A stretch of DNA of 64,000 nucleotides from Stegostoma tigrinum (lineage: Eukaryota): positions 34,439,608 to 34,503,607 of the forward strand of contig NC_081376.1 of the NCBI RefSeq assembly GCF_030684315.1, written 5' to 3'. The notes below the pieces were generated by a model. That model was given only the letters and a program-made list of their open reading frames with translations. It was not told where the DNA came from and searched no databases. Made by a program: the position numbers and the translations under genes. Of the stretch, positions 51,834 through 64,000 are shown in pieces. Numbering within the stretch: position 1 is the stretch's first letter; the number at the start of each line of letters is the position of its first letter.

Positions 51834-52049
51834 CTAGGAGGATAAACAGACTCTTTGTAAGAAAAAGGAGCAAGATTAAGCCTCACAGCCCTTGAGCTTT
51901 CTCTGCCGTTTAGTGAGATCATAGTTGATCTTTCACCTCAACTCCACTTTCCCCACCCTATTCCTATATCCCTTGAACAGGCTCAAGGGTTGGGCATCCA
52001 ATACCCTGAGGTTCAAAAATCTAAAGACATGTAGCACTCAATGAATATT

Positions 52050-52720
52050 TAGAAACAAAGAAAATAGGAGCAGGAGTAGACTATTCATCCCTTCAAGTGA
52101 AACGATTCAACACAATCGTGGCTAATCATTCACAGTACTGAAAGCAAAGTGCTGGAAAACATACTGGTGCACATGGACGCCCAGGCCTTGTTGCACTTCG
52201 ACCTTTACTGATCTATTGCCATTCAGATAATAATCTGCCTCCTTGATTTTGCTACCAAAGTGGAAAACTTCACATTTATCCACATTATACTTCATCTGCC
52301 CATTAACTCAATTTTTTCTAAATCACACTGATGCATCTCAGCATCCTCTTCAGTTTACCCTCCCATCCAAACATGTCAAACTTGAGATATTAATTTAGGT
52401 GAAGGAAGTAAATGTAATATATTACGAATAGCTGGGGTCCAAGCAAAGATCCCTGCAGTACCTCATTACTCACAAGCTGCAACTGGAAGTATGACACATT
52501 TACTCCTGTTTCCTATCTGCTAACCAGTTCACTATCCACGTCAGTAAACTACCTCAATCCCAAGTGCTTTAATGTCACATGCTAATCTCTTGAGAGAGAC
52601 CAAATTGAAAGTCTTCTGAAAGTCCAAGCAAGCCTCATCCACTGGCTCATCAACTCCACCAGATACATTCTTCAAAATTACCAGATTTGTCAAGCACGAT
52701 TTCCCTTTCACAAGTTCATT
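52050..52720 (-). mobile_element. Decayed CR1-type LINE fragment
   Basis: Similarity to 4030-4960 and to the RT region. Confidence 0.65.
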
Positions 52721-53297
52721 CTGATATCTGATGTAAACTTGAAATCATCAAGGCCCTTTTAAAACTGAGTTTCATCAGTCCTACACCCTTAAGCGCCCAC
52801 AAGATGACAAGATACAAGATATAACTAAAGACTGGAAAGGAGCTTAACAACACAGATTGCACATGATCCACAGTATATTGAATCACCTGACAAGATGTTG
52901 ACTATTTTGAAGCTGACCAAACCCATTTAGATCTATTTTGCCTAAAAGAGACAAACTTTCATCTAGTCAGGGCTATAATCGAATTTGGATCTCAAGAATT
53001 GAAGGGTATTGCTCTAACCGATAGCGACCAGATTCCACCCTCCACGCCACCTGCTAACCTTTTCCATATGCTGTCAAGAGCACTATTTGCATCCTATGGC
53101 AAGCTTTCTCAAATAATTTGGCCAGTGCAAGATATTAAGTCTGATGGATGGACACAAAGACAGAATAGCTCAAAAATCCAAAGCCACCGTGGGCAAGTCA
53201 GAGTTAAGTCTGCTTCTTCCGGACTACAATACAAGCTGCATGTTAACTGTGCTGGCATCAATTGAATATCATTGAAACGGTACCAAAATTGTGGTTA

Positions 53298-53396
<99 letters not shown>

Positions 53397-55363
53397 CTAC
53401 AGAGAAACAAGAAACAAACATTAACAGCTGGTAGAGAACAACAGCACTCACTTGCTTTTAGAATCTGAAAACCCAGGATATTTATTAAAAAGAATAATGC
53501 ATGGTTGGTTAAAATAATTTTGCTACAAAATCAAAGACCATGAATACTAATAAATGTAGTCAATTTTAAGAAGCCAGTTACATTAAAATCAAGAGTACAA
53601 TGAACCCTTTTCCTTTTAAAGGAACTAGATTTGCACCCCTAACAAATTCAAGTCAGATACTTATCAAAAAACAGGGAAGATTAACCACTTGGCCTAAGTA
53701 TTACTTTGAAAAATGATATAATGGATCAGATTTCTTGGACCTTCTACCTACTTCCTTCAGTAACATCTCTCAACATTCAGCACCCCTCAGTACTGCACTT
53801 CTGACAATGAGAATCTCCTGCAGCACTGCGCAGTCTGGCACTTCTTTAATACTATGACAGAGTGCAATGTTCCTTCAGAACTGTCCCTCATACGATACAG
53901 CACTTCTGACAATGCAACATTCCCTCAATACCATACAGTACCAGCACACATAGGTCACAAGTCTCCAGAAGGTAATGAACTCAGAGGCAACAGTGTCACT
54001 TGCTGAGCAACCTAAGTGTCAGAGTTATATAGCACGGAAAGGAGACTCTTCGGTTCAACTTGTCTGCACCGACCAAATATCCTAAACTGATCTAGTCTGT
54101 TTGCCAGCATTTGGCCCATATCCCTCTAAATCCTTCCTATTCATCTGGATGCCTTTTAAAAAGCTAACTGGAACCTTGGTTGTTTCTGAATATTCTACTT
54201 AGCCTGAGGATACTGAATTCAATTGGAGAGCTGCCACCATAAATGACCAAGATCCACTCACTTATAAAAGACCAGGGAAAAATGTTAGCCAGGACACTCA
54301 CTAAAACATCTCACGTTTCACTAAGTGTGAAGGAATTGATATTGCTATTCTAAACACTGCCAGTCTAATGAAAAGATACAAGTACTGAGCAAGACTGTAC
54401 CTGCCCTAAAAACAAAATAAAAAGCAGCCATTCATTACAACTATGTTTCTTCACAAAGGACTGGAGCGAAAGTACATGTTACAACACTGCTCCAACTTTC
54501 CAGCTGCCCTACTAAAGAAAAAAAACCCCCGAGGCAGTGTCAAACCACAGCATTCCGAAGGAAAATCTAACCCATATTCACAATATACATGTCCTCAACC
54601 CATACACTAAGTGTTCACCTCTCACCTTCAAAACAAGAAAAGGCACACAAAGCAGCATTATTAGACAACATCTGGTACTGAGATACACAAGGAAATATCA
54701 GGACAGATGAAGAAGCACCTGGTCAAAGCGGGAGGTTTTAAAGAACATTTTAAATGATGAAAGGCAGACATTTTCCTTTAAGGGGCAAGGCTGGTAGTGC
54801 TCCACACAGAACAGACATCAACGGACAACTACCAGTGGTGCAGCAATTAAAACTGGGATAGGCAGAGGTCAGAATTGAAGGTATCACTAAGGATTTAGGG
54901 CTGAAAGAAGCTACACATGTGCAAAAATACATTGTCATATCGGGAGACTGAAACTGAAAACAAATGAGAATTTTAGGACTGAACCGCTGCCTGACTCAAA
55001 TTCAGTGCAGGTCAGTGAGCGCAGTGGGGTGAAAGGGACATGGTGTGGTTTTAGAGACAAAAGCAGTTTCAGTGCCACAGCATCTGTCAGTGCAAAAATA
55101 AACAGTGCTCACAGCTACTACACCACAACATGGAGGAAACAAAGTTCACGGGGAAATTCCACATTATTAAACATGTTTATTGCCTGTCTTCAAGGATCAG
55201 GTTTACACTTCCTTGTAGCTACATTGTCAGTCATTACTGACTGCAGAACATAAACAAATTATAACATTATAACTGCCCCTTAAATTATTAAATTGGCTCT
55301 ACCCCAATTCCTGCCATCCCCAATAATTTCCTTAACTCTTAAGGCAATGTTCAGTGATGGCTA

Positions 55364-55549
<186 letters not shown>

Positions 55550-55861
55550 TCATCAGTGACCCCATTCATGAATCCATCATCACTTAGGCCCCCACCCACC
55601 TGCTCACTCCTCTCTCCCTTACCCCCTCCTCTGCGGTTTTACCACAAAACTCAAACATACAACCTCCACTCCATTTTCTCCATTACATCTTCCCCTCAAT
55701 GCCAGCCTTCTATATAACTGCATGTATACCCTTCATCATATTCTCTCCCCTCCAAATAGAATCCAGTGAAGGAATATTCTGTGATAATGGGAAAGATCCA
55801 TGTGCTGCACAAAACTCCCCACTGTGCCTAGACCCTGGTGAATAAAACGTCCAATGACTCA

Positions 55862-55981
<120 letters not shown>

Positions 55982-57819
55982 TCAACATCGAGAGTGGTAT
56001 TCTCCACTCATAGCATTTGTTTAATTAGAGACATCTGTTCACAACTTTAACTGTAAACCACGCATTGCTCAATTTAACAGTAGAGGCTGCACATTTCCAA
56101 GAACATTAGTTTAGGGGACTACAAAATAGACATTAAAAAAAGGTGGTTGACATTGCAACAGTATGCACAAAACCTAAGGGCAGTCAATTTCTCTCCACGC
56201 AAATCACAAGAATCAACATCCTGGCACAGTCAAAAAAAGACATCAGGGAGCATTTTAAGAACTGAAATGATCCAGTAACAGCAATAGATAAGACCTGGGA
56301 GTTGGGAGCAAGTGAAAGGTTTTTTATCTTATAAAGCTAAGATATTAATTCAAAGGGTTTTAGTGGTGGAGCTCCAGAGTTAGAACCAAACTAGTAGAAG
56401 GCACAGCTGCCCACGGTGAAGTAAAGCAGATGGGAATTTCTATCACCCCTTCAGGCTGTAAGAAACTGGCTATGCTTATATATGGTGGCAACATAATGAC
56501 AGTAGCAAAACTTGGACAGATCAGGCAATGCTTGATCTATTAATTCTCTTGGATAGTAATGGTGCACCGAGATATAGGGAAAAGGCAGGAGTTTGGCACT
56601 ACAGAATAGAACTGGTCTAGATAGCAGAGCTGGCACAGGTGTGATGGGCCAAATGGCCTCTTCTGCATGATAACAAAATAACTCAAACATAAGTGGGGCA
56701 GAAGCCCAAAACTGGCATCAAATTAGATTTAAAAAGCAAGGTCAAGTCACCATAGTCTTACCAGATCTGCTCTCTCACTAGAGACACACAACTGGTGGTG
56801 GTTTAAACCGAGAGCCACCACACCACAAATGAGGGGAAAAGTCGTGGAGGAGGGTCCTTCATGGTAACCTCAGCTAGTGTGGGCTAACATACAGTACATC
56901 AAATGAGAATTGTTAAGTATATAAACATCATGACACATGTAATTATCTACCAGGAAGCACAGTAAAAACAAATGGCAATTAAAGTATTTGCATAATCTGG
57001 CCAAACCCTAAAGGCACTTGATTCATGAACAGTTTAATCAAGTAACACAATTGTGCTCACCGCACCAGAAAATTAACAGTCAGAATCAGTCAGAAAAAGA
57101 TCCTGTAGATTTATTTTGGGAAATTACTGAACCAGTTGATTTCTCAGAAGCCGACAGCTATATCACAGCTCAGCAAACATCAATACTTTGTTTTCAAACC
57201 TCAAAGAAACCAGGTAATTTGATTTCCTTGTTTTCCTGAAGCAACTAATCATGACCTGTGTGCTTTACTTTTGACTGATTCCAGCACCAGTTTACAGAAA
57301 CAAAACTCAAGGAGGGGCAGATGGCAGTGCTGGACAGAACAGAAAGGAATGTAGTTCGTGGAAACTGAATTTCCCAGGGATGTCAGTGAGCACAAAATAC
57401 CAACAAGAAATCAATGCTGCAAAGGGACAACACTAATTTGCAAAACCATTGATGAGTGAACCGATCAGGTAACGCAGCAGAGAAGCAGAAATAAGGAACA
57501 CAATAAAGACTGGGTGGTATGACACTTCAAGCAAGCTCCAACATTCAGCAATAGCTTCAAATTTATCTTCATGTCCTATCTCCATATCCATTGATTCACT
57601 CACAGCTAAAAGACCTGGTACCTTCAATGTACTCAACCACTCAGCATCTAGATCTCCCCGGATTAGACAGATTCACAACCCTCCAAGTGAAGAAACTTTC
57701 TCAACAGAATTCAAAACACTCAACCCCGCGGGATCCTGAGGCTGTGATCCCGATGTCCAGCTGTGGAACATCCTCATGAGTGAAAGGTATTAAACTCTGA
57801 AGGAGAGGCTGCTACCTAG

Positions 57820-58210
57820 ACCCGGCCAGGTTCGGGATTCCCGGGGAACATTCCCTACCGGACAAACCCCCCGGAGCTGCTCTCCTCTCGGACATTAATC
57901 CCCAGCTGCCGCTTTCTCGTCAGGTTTACAGCCCTGGGCGGCTCCGGTAAAGATCCTCGGCGTTTGAGCCCCGGCCAGAGAGAGGCCGCGGCTCGGGGCT
58001 GGGAATCCCGGGGGCGAGGCCCGAAGCCCGGGCCCCGGAGCAGCACTCACCCATCGCCGACCACCACACACTTTATCGCCTGCATCGGGCCTCGCGCTAC
58101 CGTCTCCCGCAGCTTCGGCCTGGCGCAGACTGACCGGAAACCACCCGGACCCACCCCACTTCCGGTTCCGCTCGCTACCATCGCCGCCGGAAGTGAGATC
58201 CAAGATCCCT
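57820..58210 (-). promoter_or_regulatory. RAC1 CpG-island promoter with inverted ETS/GABP sites
   Basis: CpG-dense; CACTTCCGG at 58157-58165 and CCGGAAGTG at 58187-58195. Confidence 0.75.
58051..58085 (-). CDS. RAC1: RAC1 exon 1
   Basis: MQAIKCVVVGD(G); donor gtgagt. Confidence 0.96.
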
Positions 58211-58622
58211 CCGTTCCCCGCTCCACCCCTCCCCCCATCTCATTTCCCCCGCTGCCCCGCCCCCATTCCACTTCTCCACCCCATTCCACAACTGCCCCCA
58301 ATGCTCCACCTTATTCCCACTGCCCCTTCCTATTCTCTCTCTGCCCCTTCCTTATAGCCCCACTCCTCCCCCTCTGTCTCCCCAGTGTCCCTCTGCCGCT
58401 GCCCCCCCCAACTCCACCCTCACAGTCCCCTCACCCACTTCTCCATCTCCCAATCCCTGCCCTTCCCTCATTCACTGACCCTCTCCCCAGTCATTGCATG
58501 CCCCCAGACACCACTCCCCTGATCCCCATTCCTCCCTCCCCAGTCATTCCGCCCATTTCTCATTCCCCAGTTACTGCCCTCACCCTCCCCCCCATGAACC
58601 CCATTCCTCCCTCCCTTCCTTT
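58205..58622. repeat. C-rich low-complexity tract upstream of RAC1
   Basis: About 400 bp dominated by C runs on + (G runs on -). Confidence 0.8.
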
Positions 58623-59989
58623 ACTGTCACAGCGCCATCCTGTGGATTTCGGGCTCAACGACGCCCAATGCCCCCGCTCAGTATCAAAATAGCACCACCC
58701 GGTGGCGTTAGGAATTACTGCAACAGACGATCTGCAGCCCCTCAACAGCACTCAATGACATGACTGCACAATCCCTTCAGTAGTAATGAGAGTCACAGAG
58801 TGGAGCAGCTGGGCCGTTCTCCTTAGATGAGAGAAGACAGACCAGACCCGAAAGTTAACTTTGATTTTCTTCACAGGTGCTGCCAGATCTGCTGAGCTGT
58901 TCCGGCAACTGCTGTTTTTGTGTCAAGGTTTGACCGACATCTTCAAAACCACGAGGGGTCTGAGCAGAATTGATCGGGAGATTGAGATTCAAAGAACAAC
59001 AATTTAAAGTTATTGGCAAATCAATCTGAGGTAACATGAGGGATAAAATGCATTGATTGTATTGCTTGGTGGAGTTCAATCCTGACTTTCAAAAGGGATT
59101 GTATAAGCAGCTGAAGAGAACACAAGAAATAGCAACAGGACACCATGTGGCCTGACTGTCCTGCTCTGCAAATCCATACTATCATGGCTGATCCTGGGCT
59201 TTCAATTCACTTTCCCACCCACTTTCCATTTTCTTTATTAATTCAAGAGATGTGGCATTGCTGGCTTGGCCATCATTTAACATCAAGGGTCGAGGGCCGA
59301 AGGGCCTGTTCTGTGCGGTATTGTCCTTGAGAACGTGGTGATGAGCAGCCTCCTTGAAATGGCTACAGTCCATAAGAAGTGGCACCAGAAGGCAGCCATT
59401 CAGCCCATTTTAAAAATTCACTCACGGGATGTTGGTGTCACTAACTGAGTCAGCATTAATTGCCCATCCCTATTTGCCCTTGAGAAAGTGGTGAGTCTGC
59501 TGGTCAATGGCACCATGACCAACGATCCAATAATCTATTCCTCAATTCTACTAACCTGCCTTTTCCCCTTGATTTTCATATTGATTAAAAATGTCTCTTT
59601 CAGCCTTGTACATACTTAATGAGGTAGCCTTTACAGTCCGCTGCTGTGAGGAATTCCACATGCTCACTATCACCTTCTTTGTCCAAACTGGGTGCCCATG
59701 ACTCTGAGATTAATGCCATCTGGTCCCAGACTCTACCACAAGAGAGAATACCTTTCAGCATCTACTCGGATGAGCCCCATCTACAGGATACACTGTGAAA
59801 ATTCATCAAGGCTCCTTAGACACCATCTTTCAAATCTAAGAAATTACCATGTGAAAAGGCAACAGATACATGGGAACACCACCATCTGCAAGTTCCCATC
59901 CAAGCCACTCACCATCCTGATTTGAAAATATATCGCAGTCCCTTCACAGTTGTTGGATCAACTAAATACTGATATCTTGATATCAAGTG

Positions 59990-61415
59990 TATCCTAAAAA
60001 ATTGTGAGAAGCTCTTGAAGTGATTGTTAGACCTCCTTGTTGAGACATTGCATCATTGATAGCCAAAGGAGAGGTGCTGGAAGGCTGGTGGGTGGCTAAT
60101 GTGGAGCTATTACAGTGGTAAGGAAAAGCCACGGAATTATAGGCTGGTGAGCCTGATATCAATGGTGGGTAACTTGGAGGGGATTCTGAGGGACAAGATT
60201 TACATGTATTTGGAAAGGTAAGGACTGATTAGAGATCGTCAACATGGCTTTGCACATGGGAAATCGTGTCTCACTAATTTATTTAAATTTTTTGAAGAAG
60301 TGACAGAAGATTGATGAAGACAAAGCGATGGACGTTGTCTATATGGATTTCAGTAAGCATTTGGCAAGGTTCCACATGGTAGATTTATTAGCAAAGTTAG
60401 ATCATATGGAATCCAGGGAGACCTAGCCATTTGGATACAAAATTAGCTCGAAGGTAGGAGAGAGAGTGTGATAGTGGAGAGTTGCTTTTCGGACTGGATA
60501 CCTGTGACTAGTTATATGCCACAAAGTTTGGTACTTTGTCCACTGTTTTTTGTCATTTATATAAATGATTTGGATATGAATATAGAATGTATGGTTAATA
60601 AGTTTGCAGATGACACCAAAATTGGTGTTGTGTGGACAGTAAAGAGATTATCTCAGAATACAACGGAACATTGATCAGATGAGTCGATGGGGTGAGAAGT
60701 GGCAGATGATGTTCAATTTAGATAAATGTGATGATAACTCAGGACAGGACTTATAAACTTAACAATGGGGTCCTGGGGAGTATTGCTGAACAAAGAGACC
60801 TTAGAATGCAGGTTCATAGTTCCTTACGAGTAGAATTGCAGGTAGACAAGGGTAATGAAGAAGGCATTTGGTATGCTTGCCTTTATTGGCCAGTGCATTG
60901 AGTATAGGGGTTGGGATGTCATGTTGTGGCTGTTCAGGAGATTGCTTAGGCCACTTTTGGAATATTGTGTTCAATTCTAGTCTCCCTGCTAATAGGAAAG
61001 ATGTTATGGAATTTGAAAGGGTTCAGAAAAGATTTACAAGGATGTTGTCAGGGTTGGAGGGCTTGAGCTGTAGGGAGAGGCTGAATAGGCTGGGGCTATT
61101 TTCCTGGAAGCGTCAGAGGCTGAGGGGTGACCTCGTAGAAGTTTATGAAATGATTAGGTGCATGGAAAGGATGAATAGCCAAGGGTTTTTCCAGGGTAGA
61201 GGAGTCCACAACTAGAGGGCATAGGTTTAGGGTGAGAGGGGAAAGATTTAAAAGGGAGCTAAGGGGCAACTTTTCATTCTTTTCAATGATGTAATTGTAC
61301 CAGCCTCCACCACTTCTTCTGACAGCTCATTCCATACACATAGAAATAGGAAGGATTTAGAGGGATATGAATCAAATGCTGGCAAATGGGATTAGATCAG
61401 TTTAGGTTATCTGGC
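59990..61415 (+). mobile_element. Decayed CR1-type LINE (RT + tail)
   Basis: YINDLD...KFADDTKIG and ERVQKRFTRML motifs. Confidence 0.88.
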
Positions 61416-61789
61416 CGGAGAACCACATTCTCCATCACTGCAGAAAGCCTACATGGAAACCCCCAAATCCCAGCTGGACCACCATTGCACCAAAGGGGCC
61501 ACAGAAGCTGCCTCAAGGACCCACCTCATCAAAGCCTCTGTTGAAGCAGATCACCATGCCAGGCTGTTGGAGTCCTGGGCTGGACCTCTCACGCTGCCAA
61601 ACATGCCGATGCAGACTGCCACACTGCAGGACCCACCCGGACATGAGGAACATACCACATTGCCTTTGCTGGTGCAGCTGGAAATGAGCAGCTTAATACA
61701 GTGCAACAAAAAGTGCCCAAGAGAATCAGAGTGTATTGGACTGCTGAAAAGAAAAGGTGCTGCAGAAGCTGAAAGGTCTGAAAGTGGAT

Positions 61790-62980
61790 AAGCAACTTGG
61801 ACCAGATACACACCAGAGTTCTGAAGGAGTTGGCAGAGGAGATTGTGTTAGCATTGATGGTGATCTTTCAGGAAGCACTAAAATAAGATATGGATCCAAA
61901 GGACTGGAAAATGGCTAATATATCCCTGTTTAAGAAGAGAAAGAGGCAGAAGTCAGGAGACTATGGGCTGGTTAGCCTGACCTTGGTCATTAATAAGATT
62001 TTGTTAAGCTGGGGCTGGCACGGTGGCACAATGGTTCGCACAGCTGCCTCACAGCACCAGGGGACCTGGGTTTGATTCCAGCCTCAGGTCACTGTCTGTG
62101 TGGAGTTTGGACATTCTCTCCATGTCTGTGTGAGTTTCCTCCCACTGTCCAAAGATGTGCAGGTTGGATGGATTGGCCATGCTAAATTGCCCATAGTGTT
62201 CAGGCATGTGCAGATTACAGGGGTTGGGATACTGTGAGGGTCAGTGTGGACTTGTTGGGCCAAAGGGCCTGTTTCCACACTGTAAGGGATTCTATGATCT
62301 TCATTTTAGAGTCCATTATTCAGGATGATATTTTGGAGTACTTGGAGGTGCATGGTAAAATAGGGCAGAGTGAGCACGGGTTCATCAAGAGCAGGTCATG
62401 CCTAACAAATCTATGAGAATTCTTTGAGGCAGTAATGGGCAAGTTAGACAAAGGAAATCCAGTAGACGTATCTATTTGGATTTCCAGAAGGCCTTTGACA
62501 AGGTGCTGCACAGTGTTAAGGGCAAGGCAGCGGCCTGGATAGAGGATTGGCTGAATAGTGGAAGGTAGATGGTGGGGATAAAGGAATCTTTATCAAGGTG
62601 GCAGTCCCATGGTTCCACAGGAATTGGTGTTGGGACCACAAATATTCATGATATGTGTTAATGAACTAGACGAAGGAACTGAGGGTATTGTTGCTACGTA
62701 CACAGATGACATAAAGATAGGAGGGACAGGTAGTGTTGAGAAAGAAGGAAGGCTGCAGAAGGATTTGGACAGGTTAGAAGAGAGGACAAATAAATGGCAG
62801 ATGGAATACAATGTGGGCATGTGTGAGTTTATGCACTTTGATTGGAAGAATAGAGGCGTAGAGTATTTTCTAAATGGGGAAAGGCTGGGAACTCTGAAGC
62901 ACAAAGGAATTTGGGGGTCCCAGTTCAGGATTCTCTCAAGGTTAACATGGAGGTTTAGTTGGTAGTTAGGAAAGCAAAAC
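61790..62980 (+). mobile_element. Decayed CR1-type LINE interrupted by a V-SINE
   Basis: DWKMAN, HGFIKSRSCLTNL and WQMEYNVG motifs. Confidence 0.85.
62012..62298 (+). mobile_element. V-SINE (HE1-like)
   Basis: ggcacggtggc...; V-domain; same tail as the other copies. Confidence 0.88.
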
Positions 62981-63564
62981 ATAGGCACACATATTGTTTT
63001 TGCAAACTGTTGCAAATAAATCCTAATTTTTTTGTGGCTACTTCTGCCAATTTTATTTTCCCAACCTACAGAGACTAAAGTCAACCAGGATTAATGTACA
63101 GCTGCAAAATTGAGAATGCATAGAAGGCAAGTTGAGGGAAATGAAAGACTGTGGAACAACTAAATGCCAAAGTTTTAGTTTTTAAAACGTGGGAAATAGT
63201 TTATCTGCAAAAAAATTATCAATATTAGCAAAACGCAGTATTAGTCAAATCTTTCACGAAAGTGATGACTCCCATCTAATTTGTTCAAGTAACAAACAAC
63301 TATATAATAGAGAAATAAATTGCATCAGTTTTTTTTCCTAAAGGGAAACGTTTGCTCTGGGGACTATCGAGATAGCAATAAAATGTTGTTTATTTGAAAT
63401 TATATTTCTCTGTACGATTATGACGATTTTACACGCACAGGATTTTGATTTGCCACTGATTTATACCTTGGCAGGTGCTGAGACTCAAGCACAGACCGGG
63501 CACGTTATTTTGACGATGGGAAAGTTTAACTGAAACAGACAAAACTTTGCACCAACTTTGAGTG

Positions 63565-63938
<374 letters not shown>

Positions 63939-64000
63939 TGATTGTGATTACTGGGGGGCTGGGGTAATTATGTGGGGTCTGATGGGGTGACTATTGGGAG

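Noticed and set aside
57964-58692. 242-aa proline-rich ORF on +
   Set aside because: Product of the C-rich low-complexity tract and the antisense CpG island; no domain recognised.
61420-61791. 112-aa ORF between CR1 copies
   Set aside because: No splice or promoter context; weak resemblance to a decayed RTE-type LINE C-terminus, so likely repeat debris.

Overview
This is eukaryotic genomic DNA, most likely from a cartilaginous fish (shark). That is inferred from HE1/V-SINE-, DeuSINE- and CR1-type repeats. The window holds a complete 15-exon DAGLB gene (+, CDS 6287-37711, 2019 nt, 672 aa, catalytic GHSLG/D/H motifs intact) and a convergent, complete 6-exon RAC1 gene (-, CDS 58085-49105, 192 aa). 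At the right edge is exon 1 of a divergent SMIM10-like microprotein gene (+, 63663-63842). This matches the vertebrate SMIM10L3-RAC1-DAGLB order as I recall it. Introns and intergenic DNA are dense in decayed CR1/other LINEs and SINEs. Main oddities: (1) an orphan thrombospondin (THBS3-like) exon in DAGLB intron 6; (2) a partial duplicate of DAGLB exon 1 that keeps its donor and gains an in-frame ATG; (3) small non-autonomous retroelements with 12-15 bp target-site duplications, some carrying Penelope-type minimal hammerhead ribozyme motifs, plus a Penelope-like remnant; (4) an antisense exon-like ORF in DAGLB intron 4; (5) a tRNA-Leu pseudogene. Exon coordinates were read by hand from splice sites and reading frame. 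Repeat boundaries are approximate, and homologies are from recall, not database searches.
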